This document shows, piece by piece, positions 1 through 10,003 of a DNA stretch of 64,000 nucleotides (its first letter is position 1; every line of letters starts with the position of its first letter). This DNA comes from a virus, in the IMG/VR virus record IMGVR_UViG_3300026274_000001, one strand, 5' to 3'. Below the pieces are notes generated by a model. That model ran no database searches, had not been told where the DNA came from, and was given only the letters and a program-made list of their open reading frames with translations. The position numbers and the translations under genes were made by a program.

Positions 1-618
1 CAACAAGGTATTGAGCTTGCTAATGTTCGGATGGACGAGCTTTACGCCGAACGCAAATCGTGGGATAAAAAGTTTAATATCGCTCGGGCTAAACAAGAAC
101 GTTTTGTAAACGAAAAGGCGCGCCGCAACCACGAAGCTATGCTTGCCACCAATACGACAGATTGGGGTTTGTTGCTTACGTATGAAGCGTACGAACCTTA
201 CTATAAGATGCTCAACGATGCGCTATTGAAGCGATCGCCTGATCTAGGTGTTTCGCAAAACGGGTATTCTCCTGATGCTATGCAGTATTCGCTTCGAGTA
301 AAGTTTACTCGTGGTGATAAAGACGAAGTCACCAAAGCAGCCGCGTTGATCAGTGAAATTCTACCCGTCATGAAATCTACCGATGAAGATGGTCGGTATA
401 TCATGTTTGGTATTTTTGATCGAGGTTTGAGCGAATACGAAACTTACTACTTGGCTTACGAACTTGATAAAAAGCACTGGGTGGTAGGCTCACATCGAGC
501 ATTTAAAGGACGACGGGACTTCGATCATAAGCCGTTTAAGAAACTTGAGGATGCGTTGACGTGTGTTTCGAACAACTACTGGTATGAATTGCCAGAAAAC
601 GAAAGAGAGGATGACTGA
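1..618 (+). CDS. hypothetical protein, probably 5'-truncated by the window edge
   Basis: Frame is open from base 1 through the ATG at 31 to TGA at 618. Confidence 0.75.
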   Translation, partial: QQGIELANVRMDELYAERKSWDKKFNIARAKQERFVNEKARRNHEAMLATNTTDWGLLLTYEAYEPYYKMLNDALLKRSPDLGVSQNGYSPDAMQYSLRVKFTRGDKDEVTKAAALISEILPVMKSTDEDGRYIMFGIFDRGLSEYETYYLAYELDKKHWVVGSHRAFKGRRDFDHKPFKKLEDALTCVSNNYWYELPENEREDD

Positions 619-731
619 TGCATAGCGAAGATGGTAATGATATCGTAGTTCATAGCCGCAGAACTACTATACTGGAATATGTTGGATACGGCATTGCTGT
701 TGCTATTATGGCTTGGATTCTTTTGCATTAA
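618..731 (+). CDS. small membrane protein (37 aa)
   Basis: TGATG overlap with upstream stop; MHSEDGND...YVGYGIAVAIMAWILLH has a hydrophobic C-terminus; below ORF-track cutoff. Confidence 0.55.
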   Translation: MHSEDGNDIVVHSRRTTILEYVGYGIAVAIMAWILLH

Positions 732-763
732 GAACAATCCCTAGTAAACATATCGCTGATATA

Positions 764-797
764 GGGCTGATGCTTTAAAATGGCATCAGCTCCTTTT
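764..797 (+). terminator. putative intrinsic terminator
   Basis: GCTGATGC...GCATCAGC stem followed by TCCTTTT. Confidence 0.5.
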
Positions 798-810
798 CAT
801 TGGAATTTAA

Positions 811-1143
811 ATGCACCAAGAATATAAAGACGCCATCATCGCACAGTTGGATGGCTTGTTACACGACGACCTACGGGATAGTCCCAATTACGCAGTCATG
901 CTTATGGTTAGAGATGGACTTATCGCTAAAGGGCTTGAATCTGAAGTTGCTGAGCATATTGCCACTCGAGCACAAATTCAGATTCACCCAGATATTTGGT
1001 TGGACAAGGCGTTTATAGCCACGATCGTTGACAAATACACTACGATTGTAGTGAAGATTGTGAAGCATGCAACTGCAATCTTGAAACATGGTGAAAATGT
1101 GTATCACTTGGTTGAAGGAATGAATTTATTACTTGTTCCGTAA
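811..1143 (+). CDS. hypothetical protein
   Basis: 110-aa ORF co-oriented with neighbours. Confidence 0.65.
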   Translation: MHQEYKDAIIAQLDGLLHDDLRDSPNYAVMLMVRDGLIAKGLESEVAEHIATRAQIQIHPDIWLDKAFIATIVDKYTTIVVKIVKHATAILKHGENVYHLVEGMNLLLVP

Positions 1144-1187
1144 TGGCAACACTGCTATATTATGGCTAATATTATAAGAGAAAAGTC

Positions 1188-2078
1188 ATGTCAAGCGTAT
1201 TACAAAACTTACAAAAGCGTCAACTGATTAACGCCCCTGCTTACGTTGTTTCGAATATTCAATATGAAACAATCATGGGCTCGGAATCGTACGGCGTGGC
1301 AAATGATGATAGTGATCGGGACGTATACGGTTTTTGCTTTCCGCCAAAGGATATCATCTTTCCGCATTTGGATGGTCACATCAACGGATTCGGCCCAGAA
1401 CCGCAGAAATTTGAACAGTGGCAGCAGCATCACATCATTGACAAGGAATCCCGTAAGGAATATGATCTGTCGATCTACAGCATTGTGAAATATTTTTCAC
1501 TGCTGATGGAAAACAATCCGAACATGATCGACAGTATCTTCACCCCACGTCGTTGCGTGTTGCATTCGACCAAGGTTGCTGAAGTAGTTCGTGACCGACG
1601 CAAAGAATTCCTGCACAAGGGTTGCTGGCACAAGTTCAAGGGCTACTCGTTTGCACAATTGAGCAAAATCAAGAACAAGACCAACTCATCCAACCCAAAG
1701 CGGGCGGAATCGATTGCAAAGTTCGGTTACGATGTCAAGTTCGGCTATCACGTTATTCGTCTGTTGAACGAATGCGAGCAGATCTTGATGACTGGTGATC
1801 TTAATCTTGAACAGAATCGAGAACAATTGAAATCCGTTCGTCGTGGTGAATGGACGCTTTTGCAGATTGATGAATTCTTTGAGAGTAAGCAAAAGACACT
1901 TGAAAACTTGTATGCTTCAAGCACGTTGCAACATTCACCAGATGTGGCAGTATTGCGTGAACTGCTGTTGAACTGCATCGAAGAACATTACGGCAAAGTT
2001 AGTGCTGTGGTAGTACGTAACGATTCCATGGGTAACCTGATCGGTGACATGGAACAATTATTGGCAAAATACAAATAA
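1188..2078 (+). CDS. Pol-beta superfamily nucleotidyltransferase (RlaP/YcgL-like)
   Basis: GSESYG...DSDRDVYG signature, NNPN motif, C-terminal K-x-x-YHVIRLL. Confidence 0.85.
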   Translation: MSSVLQNLQKRQLINAPAYVVSNIQYETIMGSESYGVANDDSDRDVYGFCFPPKDIIFPHLDGHINGFGPEPQKFEQWQQHHIIDKESRKEYDLSIYSIVKYFSLLMENNPNMIDSIFTPRRCVLHSTKVAEVVRDRRKEFLHKGCWHKFKGYSFAQLSKIKNKTNSSNPKRAESIAKFGYDVKFGYHVIRLLNECEQILMTGDLNLEQNREQLKSVRRGEWTLLQIDEFFESKQKTLENLYASSTLQHSPDVAVLRELLLNCIEEHYGKVSAVVVRNDSMGNLIGDMEQLLAKYK

Positions 2079-2566
2079 TGAATGAATTGTATCTATACAC
2101 CCCAAAACCATATTGGAGTTTTGAGGTTAATAATATTGAAGAGCGCCGTAATTGTAAGTATGTAGGTGACTTTGCAATCAAAGATCGTAATGGTAATTGG
2201 GGTGAAGTGCCTTGTGCTATTTTCTGGCAGGAGCAACCACCAGTAGCTGGCTATTCACATTATTTTGCTGTGTTTGCGAAAGCTGGTGATAAGAATGCGT
2301 ATATCACCAGTGCTGCATCAATTGAAGATATGGTGATGACGGGAATGGTTGCTGATAACGGTGAAGTAATTTATAGTCGTTATCGTCATGACTGCGTTTA
2401 TAGTACTGATGGGACAGCAATGATCGACGGTGGGCGAGATTACGTTCGTTCGCTGTTTCCGTGCAGACCAGTAAACGTTAAGCTGGTAGGTCCCAATCTA
2501 GTGATCGAGGAGGTGCCTCTTGATGAACCAGGAACTGACGACCAAGTTATTCAACAAGTATCCTGA
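2078..2566 (+). CDS. conserved phage hypothetical protein
   Basis: TAATG coupling; YSRYRHD...IDGGRDY motif. Confidence 0.75.
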   Translation: MNELYLYTPKPYWSFEVNNIEERRNCKYVGDFAIKDRNGNWGEVPCAIFWQEQPPVAGYSHYFAVFAKAGDKNAYITSAASIEDMVMTGMVADNGEVIYSRYRHDCVYSTDGTAMIDGGRDYVRSLFPCRPVNVKLVGPNLVIEEVPLDEPGTDDQVIQQVS

Positions 2567-3038
2567 ACTGTTTGCAAGACATACTGATCCCAAGTCAGAT
2601 ATGTCACATGGTATCTTTTGTGATGACGGTTGGTATCAATTGATTGAAACCACGTGCAGAACGATTCAGAAATATATCAATACTGCTCATTTGTTTCAAA
2701 GCGGTCGGATCAATATGCCTGAGTCAGTAGCGCAAATTGAGTTTGACAGCGTAAAAGAGAAATTCGGGAAGTTGCGCTTTAGCGTGTGGGAATGTCCCGA
2801 TCCATCAATTCTCAATATGATGCAATTGATCGAAACACTGTCCGGTCATGTATGCGAAGTGACTGGTAATGTCGGTGAGACCTATTTGATCGATGGTCGG
2901 CAAGTGAAGACTCTTTGCAAAGAAGAGGCGGAAAAGCGTGGTGCGGTGTTGATGGAACACAGTCCGTTCCATGATGACTACGGGCTGGAAGCGCTTCGCC
3001 TAATTGCAGCCAATCCAGCTGACTATAAGAAAGATTAA
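2523..3038 (+). CDS. conserved phage hypothetical protein
   Basis: GW-x-x-L...VKEKFGKLRF...CEVTG pattern. Confidence 0.75.
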   Translation: MNQELTTKLFNKYPELFARHTDPKSDMSHGIFCDDGWYQLIETTCRTIQKYINTAHLFQSGRINMPESVAQIEFDSVKEKFGKLRFSVWECPDPSILNMMQLIETLSGHVCEVTGNVGETYLIDGRQVKTLCKEEAEKRGAVLMEHSPFHDDYGLEALRLIAANPADYKKD

Positions 3039-3128
3039 GAAACCAAGTTTTAAAAAGGCACAAGTCAAGGCTTGTGCCTTTCGCCATTCGAGTGTATCAT
3101 ATGAATAAGCTAAAACACCGGAGAATAT

Positions 3129-4355
3129 ATGAGCACGTTTGCCGTAAAAGTTCGCAAAATCAAACTGATGCCCCACCCGAAGGCTGACCGCCTAGATATC
3201 GCAGTAGTCGATGACTACCAATCGTGTGTTCGCAAGGGCGACTTTGCTGACGGCGATCTGGCGGTTTATATTCCAGAGGGCGCCGTTCTCCCCGACTACG
3301 TTCTCAAAGAAGTTGGTTTGTGGAACGAAGCAGAGAACAAGGGTATGGCTGCTGGCGAACTGGGCGACCGTATTCATGCTGTGCGACTCCGTGATGTGTT
3401 AAGTCAAGGTGTGCTGCTGAGCATTCCAGGTTTCTGGCGTGTGGGTGACGCACTCGAAAAACAAGACAAACTCACTGCTGAACAGATAGTTGATTTCAAC
3501 TTTTACCATCAAGCTGGTATGAAAGAAGGCGAAGACGTTCAGCATCTAATCAATGTGATCAAGTACCAGCCTGAACTGCCTCCCTTCATGGAAGGCGATA
3601 TTATGGAATTGTTTGATCATACACGACACTTTGATTTGGAAGATGAAAAGCGTTTTCCCAATGCGCTCATCCCCGGCGAAGAAGTAGTTATGACGGAAAA
3701 GCTGCATGGTTTATTCTGCCAGATTGGTGTTATTCCCAGTCTCAAAGATGAACGACTGCTTGATGGTCATATGTTCGCCACCAGCAAGGGCTTTGCTAAT
3801 GACGGTATCGTGTTCGAAAATACTGAACGCAATACCATCGTGAACGTGTACCACAAGACCCTTCTGCGTTTGCAAGATAAGTTCAAAGCGCTTGCGATGC
3901 GTGTGAGCAATATTGAAGTGCTCAAATTGATGCGTGATAGTGATACCATTGTTGAAGATCAGCAAGTGTTTATTCTTGGCGAAATCTTCGGCATGGGCTC
4001 TGGTCAGGATTTGCATTATGGTCTGACTGAAGTTGATTTCCGAGTATTCGACATTTACGTTGGTCCACCAACGCAAGGTCGATATCTTGATTACGATGAA
4101 GTTGTGGTGGGATGCAAAGACATTCTTGAAACTGTTCCGCTGCTATACCGAGGCCCGTACGATAAAGCTACTATTCTCAAACACCGGGAAGGTAAAACTA
4201 CGTTCGGTGCCGCTAATGTGCTGGAAGGTGGAGTAGTGAAGCCCACTACTGAACGGCGTGATCTAGAACTTGGTCGAGTAATTTTGAAGTTTATCAACCC
4301 AGACTATTTGACTCGTAAAGGTAAAAAGGGGCAGCAGGTAACTGAATTTACCTAA
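3129..4355 (+). CDS. ATP-dependent RNA ligase, DRB0094/Rnl5 family
   Basis: N-terminal HPKADRL OB-like module, motif I TEKLHG, GEIFG, FRVFDI, EGGVVK, LKFINPDYL; GGAG RBS. Confidence 0.9.
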   Translation: MSTFAVKVRKIKLMPHPKADRLDIAVVDDYQSCVRKGDFADGDLAVYIPEGAVLPDYVLKEVGLWNEAENKGMAAGELGDRIHAVRLRDVLSQGVLLSIPGFWRVGDALEKQDKLTAEQIVDFNFYHQAGMKEGEDVQHLINVIKYQPELPPFMEGDIMELFDHTRHFDLEDEKRFPNALIPGEEVVMTEKLHGLFCQIGVIPSLKDERLLDGHMFATSKGFANDGIVFENTERNTIVNVYHKTLLRLQDKFKALAMRVSNIEVLKLMRDSDTIVEDQQVFILGEIFGMGSGQDLHYGLTEVDFRVFDIYVGPPTQGRYLDYDEVVVGCKDILETVPLLYRGPYDKATILKHREGKTTFGAANVLEGGVVKPTTERRDLELGRVILKFINPDYLTRKGKKGQQVTEFT

Positions 4356-4420
4356 ACGCGTATAATCTGTAATTCTATACCGTAGATCATAAGGCAATTC
4401 CATTCTTTTTGGAGCATGCT

Positions 4421-4780
4421 ATGAACCACAGCCCGTATAAGATTACAGTTGTTACGAAGAAGGCGAAATCAAAGAAAGATGATTTGATGCATCACCTGGT
4501 TTATTCTGATCAACTTGAATCGTTAGCTACCACGGTTTATAGCACGCTGAAACAGTTTGAGATCTACGGTGGGAATGATGAAGAACTGTACGAGATCGGA
4601 AATATGCAGCCGGGTGCTCTTGCTGGCGAAGATTATGAAACACTAGAAGGTGATTGTAAGATTCGCAGTGAATGCTTTATTGATGACGTACACGTATTGT
4701 TGATTGATTTGATTTCAAAGGGTGAATTGCCCGCTGGTCAATATCATGTTCGAGTGAGGAAACCGCATCATGCAAGTTGA
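4421..4780 (+). CDS. hypothetical protein
   Basis: GGAG RBS before ATG 4421. Confidence 0.7.
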   Translation: MNHSPYKITVVTKKAKSKKDDLMHHLVYSDQLESLATTVYSTLKQFEIYGGNDEELYEIGNMQPGALAGEDYETLEGDCKIRSECFIDDVHVLLIDLISKGELPAGQYHVRVRKPHHAS

Positions 4781-5051
4781 CGACGATTCAGTTGACAGTT
4801 CCATTCTCACAGATCTGCGTAAAGCACAGCATCGAGAGTGGAAAGACGAAAACCTGGACGTGATACGATCGAGTCGTATTCCATATCGAAGCACTAACAA
4901 CGGTGAGTCATTGTTGTTTCGAGAACCAGGTAAACCGAAAGTTGATTTCTTTCCATCAACTGGGCGGTGGCGTGTAGTTAGCGGTAATGCAAGGACTATG
5001 GGCGGGCATGCCATGAAGTTTCTTGAGTGGTATGCTGAGCAAACGGTGTGA
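4770..5051 (+). CDS. hypothetical protein
   Basis: Overlap-coupled ORF; VDFFPSTGRW motif. Confidence 0.7.
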   Translation: MQVDDDSVDSSILTDLRKAQHREWKDENLDVIRSSRIPYRSTNNGESLLFREPGKPKVDFFPSTGRWRVVSGNARTMGGHAMKFLEWYAEQTV

Positions 5052-5332
5052 AGAAATTACTTAGTTATTCCATTCAACAGACTGATGATTGGATTTATGT
5101 CAATCTAATTGGGTACACGTTCAAAGACTTTTACTATTGCGAAGATCAATTAAATTGGCTCGCTGACTATTATGGTTCGCCAACTTACGAACAAGCAAAT
5201 ATGAAAGTGTTTGGTGGTAACTCGGCCTTCATCACACTAGTGGATGGAAAAACAAAAGAAGATGATCCCGTATATCGCTTTGGTTTCAAACAATCAGCTG
5301 ATGCGGTGAATTTCTATTTGACGTTCATGTAA
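5048..5332 (+). CDS. FKLxW-family small protein (singleton)
   Basis: NWLADYYG...FGFKQSADAVNFYLTF matches the family pattern. Confidence 0.65.
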   Translation: MKKLLSYSIQQTDDWIYVNLIGYTFKDFYYCEDQLNWLADYYGSPTYEQANMKVFGGNSAFITLVDGKTKEDDPVYRFGFKQSADAVNFYLTFM

Positions 5333-5423
5333 CTGATTAAAAATAGTTGTTGCCAGTTCACACAACTGGCAATTAGGTGCTACAATTGCGTTGCCGTAAA
5401 TACAAACCACAAAAGGCAATGAT

Positions 5424-5696
5424 ATGAGTATCCTAAAATATTGGCGTATTTTTGCAACAATTATTGTTATTGCTGCTGCTACGCTGGTAAGCAACATCGT
5501 AAGTGGCATTTCTGGCACGCTTTCTGGTGCTATCGCGGTAAATCAAATGAATGGTGGGAATGCAGGTTACATTGCTGCACGAGCGGCAAATGGCCCATCA
5601 TTCGCAATCGAACTCTTAGTTACGCTGATGGTAGTGTTGCTAATGATCGCAATCTGGGCCCCTGCTGTAAAGCGGTTGGTCAATAACTCAAAGTAA
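5424..5696 (+). CDS. two-TM membrane protein
   Basis: Two hydrophobic segments; directly upstream of SPFH gene. Confidence 0.7.
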   Translation: MSILKYWRIFATIIVIAAATLVSNIVSGISGTLSGAIAVNQMNGGNAGYIAARAANGPSFAIELLVTLMVVLLMIAIWAPAVKRLVNNSK

Positions 5697-5713
5697 AGGT
5701 ATCATCTAGCATC

Positions 5714-6709
5714 ATGAAAAAGCTTATCACGCTTTCGGTCGCACTCGCACTGCCATTCTTACTCGCTGCTTGTGGTCCCCCAAATCTTGAAGAAGTACAT
5801 GAAATCAAGCCGAACGAAACTGCATTTTTGATTCAATTGGAAGGCAATGCTAACCAGCAGAAACTCCCAAGCGAAGAAATGTTGCAGAAGAATATGGTTG
5901 CAGCAAAGCGTATTTCCATTCCACACCGAGAGTTGGTAACTGGTCGTGGTATGGGTTCCTACGAATGGATCCCAACAGCACGTTTGATCGTTGTTGATCG
6001 TTCGCCAATTACCCGTGAATGGACATCTACTGATCGCAGCGCAACTAAGCGAGATCAGATGATTGGTGTTGAATCGTCCGAAAGTATTGGTTGGCATATG
6101 GGTGTTACTATCACGGCTTCCATTCCAGAAGATATGGCAGCAAAGTTTTTGTATAACTTTGGTGGCAAAACTCTTCAAGATGTGGCTGATAACAACATTC
6201 GTAACTTTGTGCAGTCACAACTCAGTACTGAGTTTGGTGAGAATCCACTTGACTACGATACGAAGCACAAGAAAGAAGTGTTTGCCTCCGCGGAAGCTGC
6301 TACTAAGAAGTTCTTTGGTGATCGCGGTGTAGAGATTGATAATCTTGGCTATACGGAAGGTATGGTATACGACAACAAGAATATACAAGATTCTATCGAT
6401 GCAAACTTCCAGAAGGAAATGAGTATCACTGCTGCACAAAATGAAGCCAAAGCGCAAGATCAGCGCAATGGTATGAAAATTGCAATGGCAACGGCCGATC
6501 GACAAGCTGCTGAACAGTTTGCTCAAGCGCAAGCTGCTGGTGAAGCTAAGTTCGATATGGAAACTCGTCGTATGTATGCCCAAGCTGCTCTGAATATCTC
6601 AGAGAAATGGCAAGGTGGTGTACCACAATCCATCACAACTATGGGTGGACCAGGTGGTGGAGTAAATCCGCTGGCTATGTTCAATGTTAACCCACAAGCC
6701 AGTAAGTAA
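5714..6709 (+). CDS. SPFH/band-7 domain lipoprotein
   Basis: Lipobox LLAAC; band-7-like core with Ala/Glu/Gln-rich coiled coil and EKWQGGVP tail. Confidence 0.75.
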   Translation: MKKLITLSVALALPFLLAACGPPNLEEVHEIKPNETAFLIQLEGNANQQKLPSEEMLQKNMVAAKRISIPHRELVTGRGMGSYEWIPTARLIVVDRSPITREWTSTDRSATKRDQMIGVESSESIGWHMGVTITASIPEDMAAKFLYNFGGKTLQDVADNNIRNFVQSQLSTEFGENPLDYDTKHKKEVFASAEAATKKFFGDRGVEIDNLGYTEGMVYDNKNIQDSIDANFQKEMSITAAQNEAKAQDQRNGMKIAMATADRQAAEQFAQAQAAGEAKFDMETRRMYAQAALNISEKWQGGVPQSITTMGGPGGGVNPLAMFNVNPQASK

Positions 6710-6725
6710 TTTAGAGAAGTAAATA

Positions 6726-7262
6726 ATGATGGCTGCTAATAGCAGCCATCATTCATTCATAAAAATGCTAATCCACTTCATTCCCTTTTTCGTAATCGCT
6801 GCTGTCTTTGCATCATACTGGGGCGGTGTAAAGTATCGTCAACATTTATCCCATGTAAGACATACTGATTGTCAACACATTTTACTTAACGAAATAAATC
6901 ACGACACTACGGTCACCGTAGCTGCCAATAGTGGCATTGTCCTGATACTCGAAGATATTCCAAGCACTGGGTATCAATGGTTCATGGTCAATGCAGCCAG
7001 TTCTATTCTCACGTTGATGAATGATGGGCAACACACTCCATTGGAAGGTTCTGATCCATTTGGTGGTGAATTATCTGTTGGTGGTGGTGGCACAATGCTG
7101 TGGCGCTTCTGGGCGAACAACATTGGTGTCGAGACTCTTAAGCTACGTTACCGTCGGCCCTGGGAGTCTTTTGATCAAACACACACCGACTATAACGTGA
7201 CTATTGCAGTGGTACCTGAAGCAAAAGTAGCCAATAAAACTTTCAAGTTGAAAATTTGCTAA
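6726..7262 (+). CDS. membrane-anchored chagasin/I42-family cysteine peptidase inhibitor
   Basis: N-terminal TM; PSTGYQW, VGGGG and YRRPWE loops equivalent to I42 NPTTGY, GxGG, RPW motifs. Confidence 0.8.
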   Translation: MMAANSSHHSFIKMLIHFIPFFVIAAVFASYWGGVKYRQHLSHVRHTDCQHILLNEINHDTTVTVAANSGIVLILEDIPSTGYQWFMVNAASSILTLMNDGQHTPLEGSDPFGGELSVGGGGTMLWRFWANNIGVETLKLRYRRPWESFDQTHTDYNVTIAVVPEAKVANKTFKLKIC

Positions 7263-7357
7263 CTGGCAATATATTGTGCTTGTATATGTTGCCATATTGT
7301 GTAGAATTGGTTTGTGGCAAGTAACACATAAACCAACTACTCCGAAACTCAGGCACC

Positions 7358-8023
7358 ATGCAAGCACTCCAAGCAATTAACTTTTCGCAAGAAGTTTTCA
7401 AAACCATCGTTCAGTACGGCCCTATCAATTATGCGGCAATCGCAAGCCAACTCGAATCGACCTCTTCAGTAGTAAGTAAAACCGTGTATGAGCTGGTTAA
7501 ACGCGGGTACGTTGCACGCACTGAAGACACCTTCGGTAACATCACGTTTACCGCGCTTGTTGAAGAACAAGATGTGACGTTCTACGTCAAACGTAAGCCA
7601 GCTGCTACGTTGTTTGCTGGTCGTGCGCTTAAAGCAAAGCAGACTACCAATGCAGTGGCAACAGTAGCCAAGGCGCAAATCACGCCAGAGAAGAAAGTCA
7701 CACAACTTGAAGAAATTTTCAACTATATCGCAGACTTTGCCAAGCCCAGTCTGAACCCCACCGAAGTGCATGATGCATTTCCGGAATTTACATACAGTAT
7801 GGTTTCCAGTGCTATGTGGAAGCTAGTCAATAAGCACAAGTATCTGATCAACAATGACGGTCAATACTCGCTGGCTATCAAGAAAGCAGATGCGGTGTTT
7901 AGTAACGGCGGTCGGCCTGTAGGTTCATACAAGAATGTGATTAATGTGAACGGTCAGGAAATCAAGATCAAAGCCACGGAAGCTATTCGTCTGTTCAAGC
8001 AACTGAACAAGCATTACGGTTAA
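7358..8023 (+). CDS. putative winged-helix DNA-binding protein
   Basis: YAAIASQL...VVSKTVYELVKRGYV wHTH pattern; a second similar segment at aa 120-170. Confidence 0.6.
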   Translation: MQALQAINFSQEVFKTIVQYGPINYAAIASQLESTSSVVSKTVYELVKRGYVARTEDTFGNITFTALVEEQDVTFYVKRKPAATLFAGRALKAKQTTNAVATVAKAQITPEKKVTQLEEIFNYIADFAKPSLNPTEVHDAFPEFTYSMVSSAMWKLVNKHKYLINNDGQYSLAIKKADAVFSNGGRPVGSYKNVINVNGQEIKIKATEAIRLFKQLNKHYG

Positions 8024-8082
8024 TACTTGAACGTTATTTCTGGCGCTATACTGACAGGCAGACAAACCTCTCGGAGCGCCAG

Positions 8083-8313
8083 ATGTATACCATGGATGAA
8101 AGCACTTGGGTACGATGTGATCGAGTTCCCAATGAAGCTGGTTGGTATGAAGTGACTAGATTTTGCGAAGACGGAACTCGGTATAAAGTACAATGCAAGA
8201 AGCTTTATTGGTGTGTATCCGGTTGGTTTTATGATGAAGATTGTTGTGTACCTGCCGCAATGAATTCAGAAAACCAAGATTCCTGGCTGAGCAAAAATCG
8301 TCCATTCATGTGA
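8083..8313 (+). CDS. hypothetical protein
   Basis: GGAG RBS; P-x-x-x-GWYEV motif. Confidence 0.65.
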   Translation: MYTMDESTWVRCDRVPNEAGWYEVTRFCEDGTRYKVQCKKLYWCVSGWFYDEDCCVPAAMNSENQDSWLSKNRPFM

Positions 8314-8495
8314 CTTCGCTACCTGAAATAAACGCAATACTCACCCTAGTTGCATTCTCATTTGGAATGGGGATGCTGTTTGCCTCATGGTTAGTGTGGC
8401 GTTCATCTAGGTATGTCCCACACTTCGCATTCAATGCAGGGTTGCTGTTCGTCATCTATGCAGTAATTTCAATAATAGCATTTATTGCATCCTGA
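8310..8495 (+). CDS. small membrane protein
   Basis: GTGA overlap start; two hydrophobic segments. Confidence 0.55.
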   Translation: MTSLPEINAILTLVAFSFGMGMLFASWLVWRSSRYVPHFAFNAGLLFVIYAVISIIAFIAS

Positions 8496-8527
8496 TTTAC
8501 CCGCTTCACCAGTCAAAAATAATAATA

Positions 8528-9097
8528 ATGAAAACGGCTGAACTACGATACTCCAACGTCTACGATTCACTTGAATATAGAGCCATCAAGAATTTCTATG
8601 GCAAGCGAACTGCTGAACGTAGCCAAGTGCCCTTGATTCATCATATACTTGAAGGGTGTAGCATTATGCTTGCTATTGGTGCAGACAGTGATGCGTGTAA
8701 TGCATATATGCTACACCCCCTGTTTCAAGCTGATGCAGAACTCCATACAGTCGGTTACGACTATGCACGATATGCCACGAACGCAGTACCAGTCGCACTA
8801 GCGTTTGAGTATCGCATTTACGCAAATGCTTGGTTGTCAGATAAGGTGATCCGTCAAGGAGCCAGTCTGATGCAAATTGGAAAACCAACACCAGGTCCCA
8901 ATCCGTTGATCAAGCAAATGTTGATTGCTGATAAGGTTCAAAACAAGAAAGACTTTGATTTGTATCACAAAGGCAAGCATGCACGTTCGGATGAATTGGA
9001 ATGGTACTTCAATGAATGGTTGAATGTTCTAGATATCGACCAACAAAAATACAACGAATTGGTTGCCATTGCATCTGCGGTTACACCAGTTCTATAA
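8528..9097 (+). CDS. HD-fold-like hypothetical protein
   Basis: PLIHH...AYMLHP...LIADKVQN resembles Mesh1/SpoT-type HD hydrolases with HD changed to HP. Confidence 0.55.
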   Translation: MKTAELRYSNVYDSLEYRAIKNFYGKRTAERSQVPLIHHILEGCSIMLAIGADSDACNAYMLHPLFQADAELHTVGYDYARYATNAVPVALAFEYRIYANAWLSDKVIRQGASLMQIGKPTPGPNPLIKQMLIADKVQNKKDFDLYHKGKHARSDELEWYFNEWLNVLDIDQQKYNELVAIASAVTPVL

Positions 9098-9130
9098 AGT
9101 AAATTACAATAAGTCACTGGCAACTAATTC

Positions 9131-9808
9131 ATGCACACGATAACAAGCGGAAACGAAGGCATCATCAGGTCTTTTAACACAGCGATCTCAGAGTTGAGAG
9201 AGGTTTTAGAAGAGTCAGGAGAATTCATGCTTGCCAAATCAGTTGAAACTATTAATCTTACAATTGCTAATCTACAGAGAACAGTAACCAATTTAACTGG
9301 TGATGGATATATAGCTAATGATCGCATCGAAGATGTGTTGGATGCCTATGGCATGGCCGAAATGACCTTGGATGACATTAAGAATATGGCTGCTCGATAT
9401 TCTTACTCCTTTCCTGATGGTCAAATTAGGGCAATCCTGCATATCATTGGGCATTCCAGCACCATAGTCACAGTGCCACAAGGATGGATGGTGGTACCGG
9501 TTAGACTTAATCATGCAATGCGTACCGCAGCAGTAGAAGCAAGTGATGCAGATGACGGTATGGGTGACTTCTTCGATAGCGTCTACGAAGCAATGCTCGC
9601 AGCGAGTCCTAATCTGGGACAGCTGGTTGACAAACGATCAGCAGGCAAGATGGCTTTATTGGTAGGTGCCGAACCAGTGTATGATCTTACCGGAAACGGT
9701 CCCCAATCCAGTAACTCACGATTTCTCCCAATCGAATCAGTTACTTTTACCGCTAAGCAACTGGATTTCTTTGTTGATGCGGTGGTCGGGTTAGATCGTG
9801 TGAGTTGA
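9131..9808 (+). CDS. hypothetical protein
   Basis: 225-aa ORF with VPQGWMVVP...YEAMLAASP phage motif. Confidence 0.7.
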   Translation: MHTITSGNEGIIRSFNTAISELREVLEESGEFMLAKSVETINLTIANLQRTVTNLTGDGYIANDRIEDVLDAYGMAEMTLDDIKNMAARYSYSFPDGQIRAILHIIGHSSTIVTVPQGWMVVPVRLNHAMRTAAVEASDADDGMGDFFDSVYEAMLAASPNLGQLVDKRSAGKMALLVGAEPVYDLTGNGPQSSNSRFLPIESVTFTAKQLDFFVDAVVGLDRVS

Positions 9809-9999
9809 TGTTCAGAATACGATTATGGATACGTTGGTGGCAATGTGATCGAGCAATGGCAAAGTTGCTCCGAGATTATCCGTATGACAATGCAGAGACA
9901 GGTCTTGTTGAACTATATTACGTGCTTCACCGAAAAATGAATTTGATCGACGAATTGCTTGGTCGAGTGACAATAACAAAATACAAATACTGGGACTAA
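9805..9999 (+). CDS. hypothetical protein
   Basis: Overlap-coupled short ORF. Confidence 0.5.
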   Translation: MMFRIRLWIRWWQCDRAMAKLLRDYPYDNAETGLVELYYVLHRKMNLIDELLGRVTITKYKYWD

Positions 10000-10003
10000 T
10001 GCA

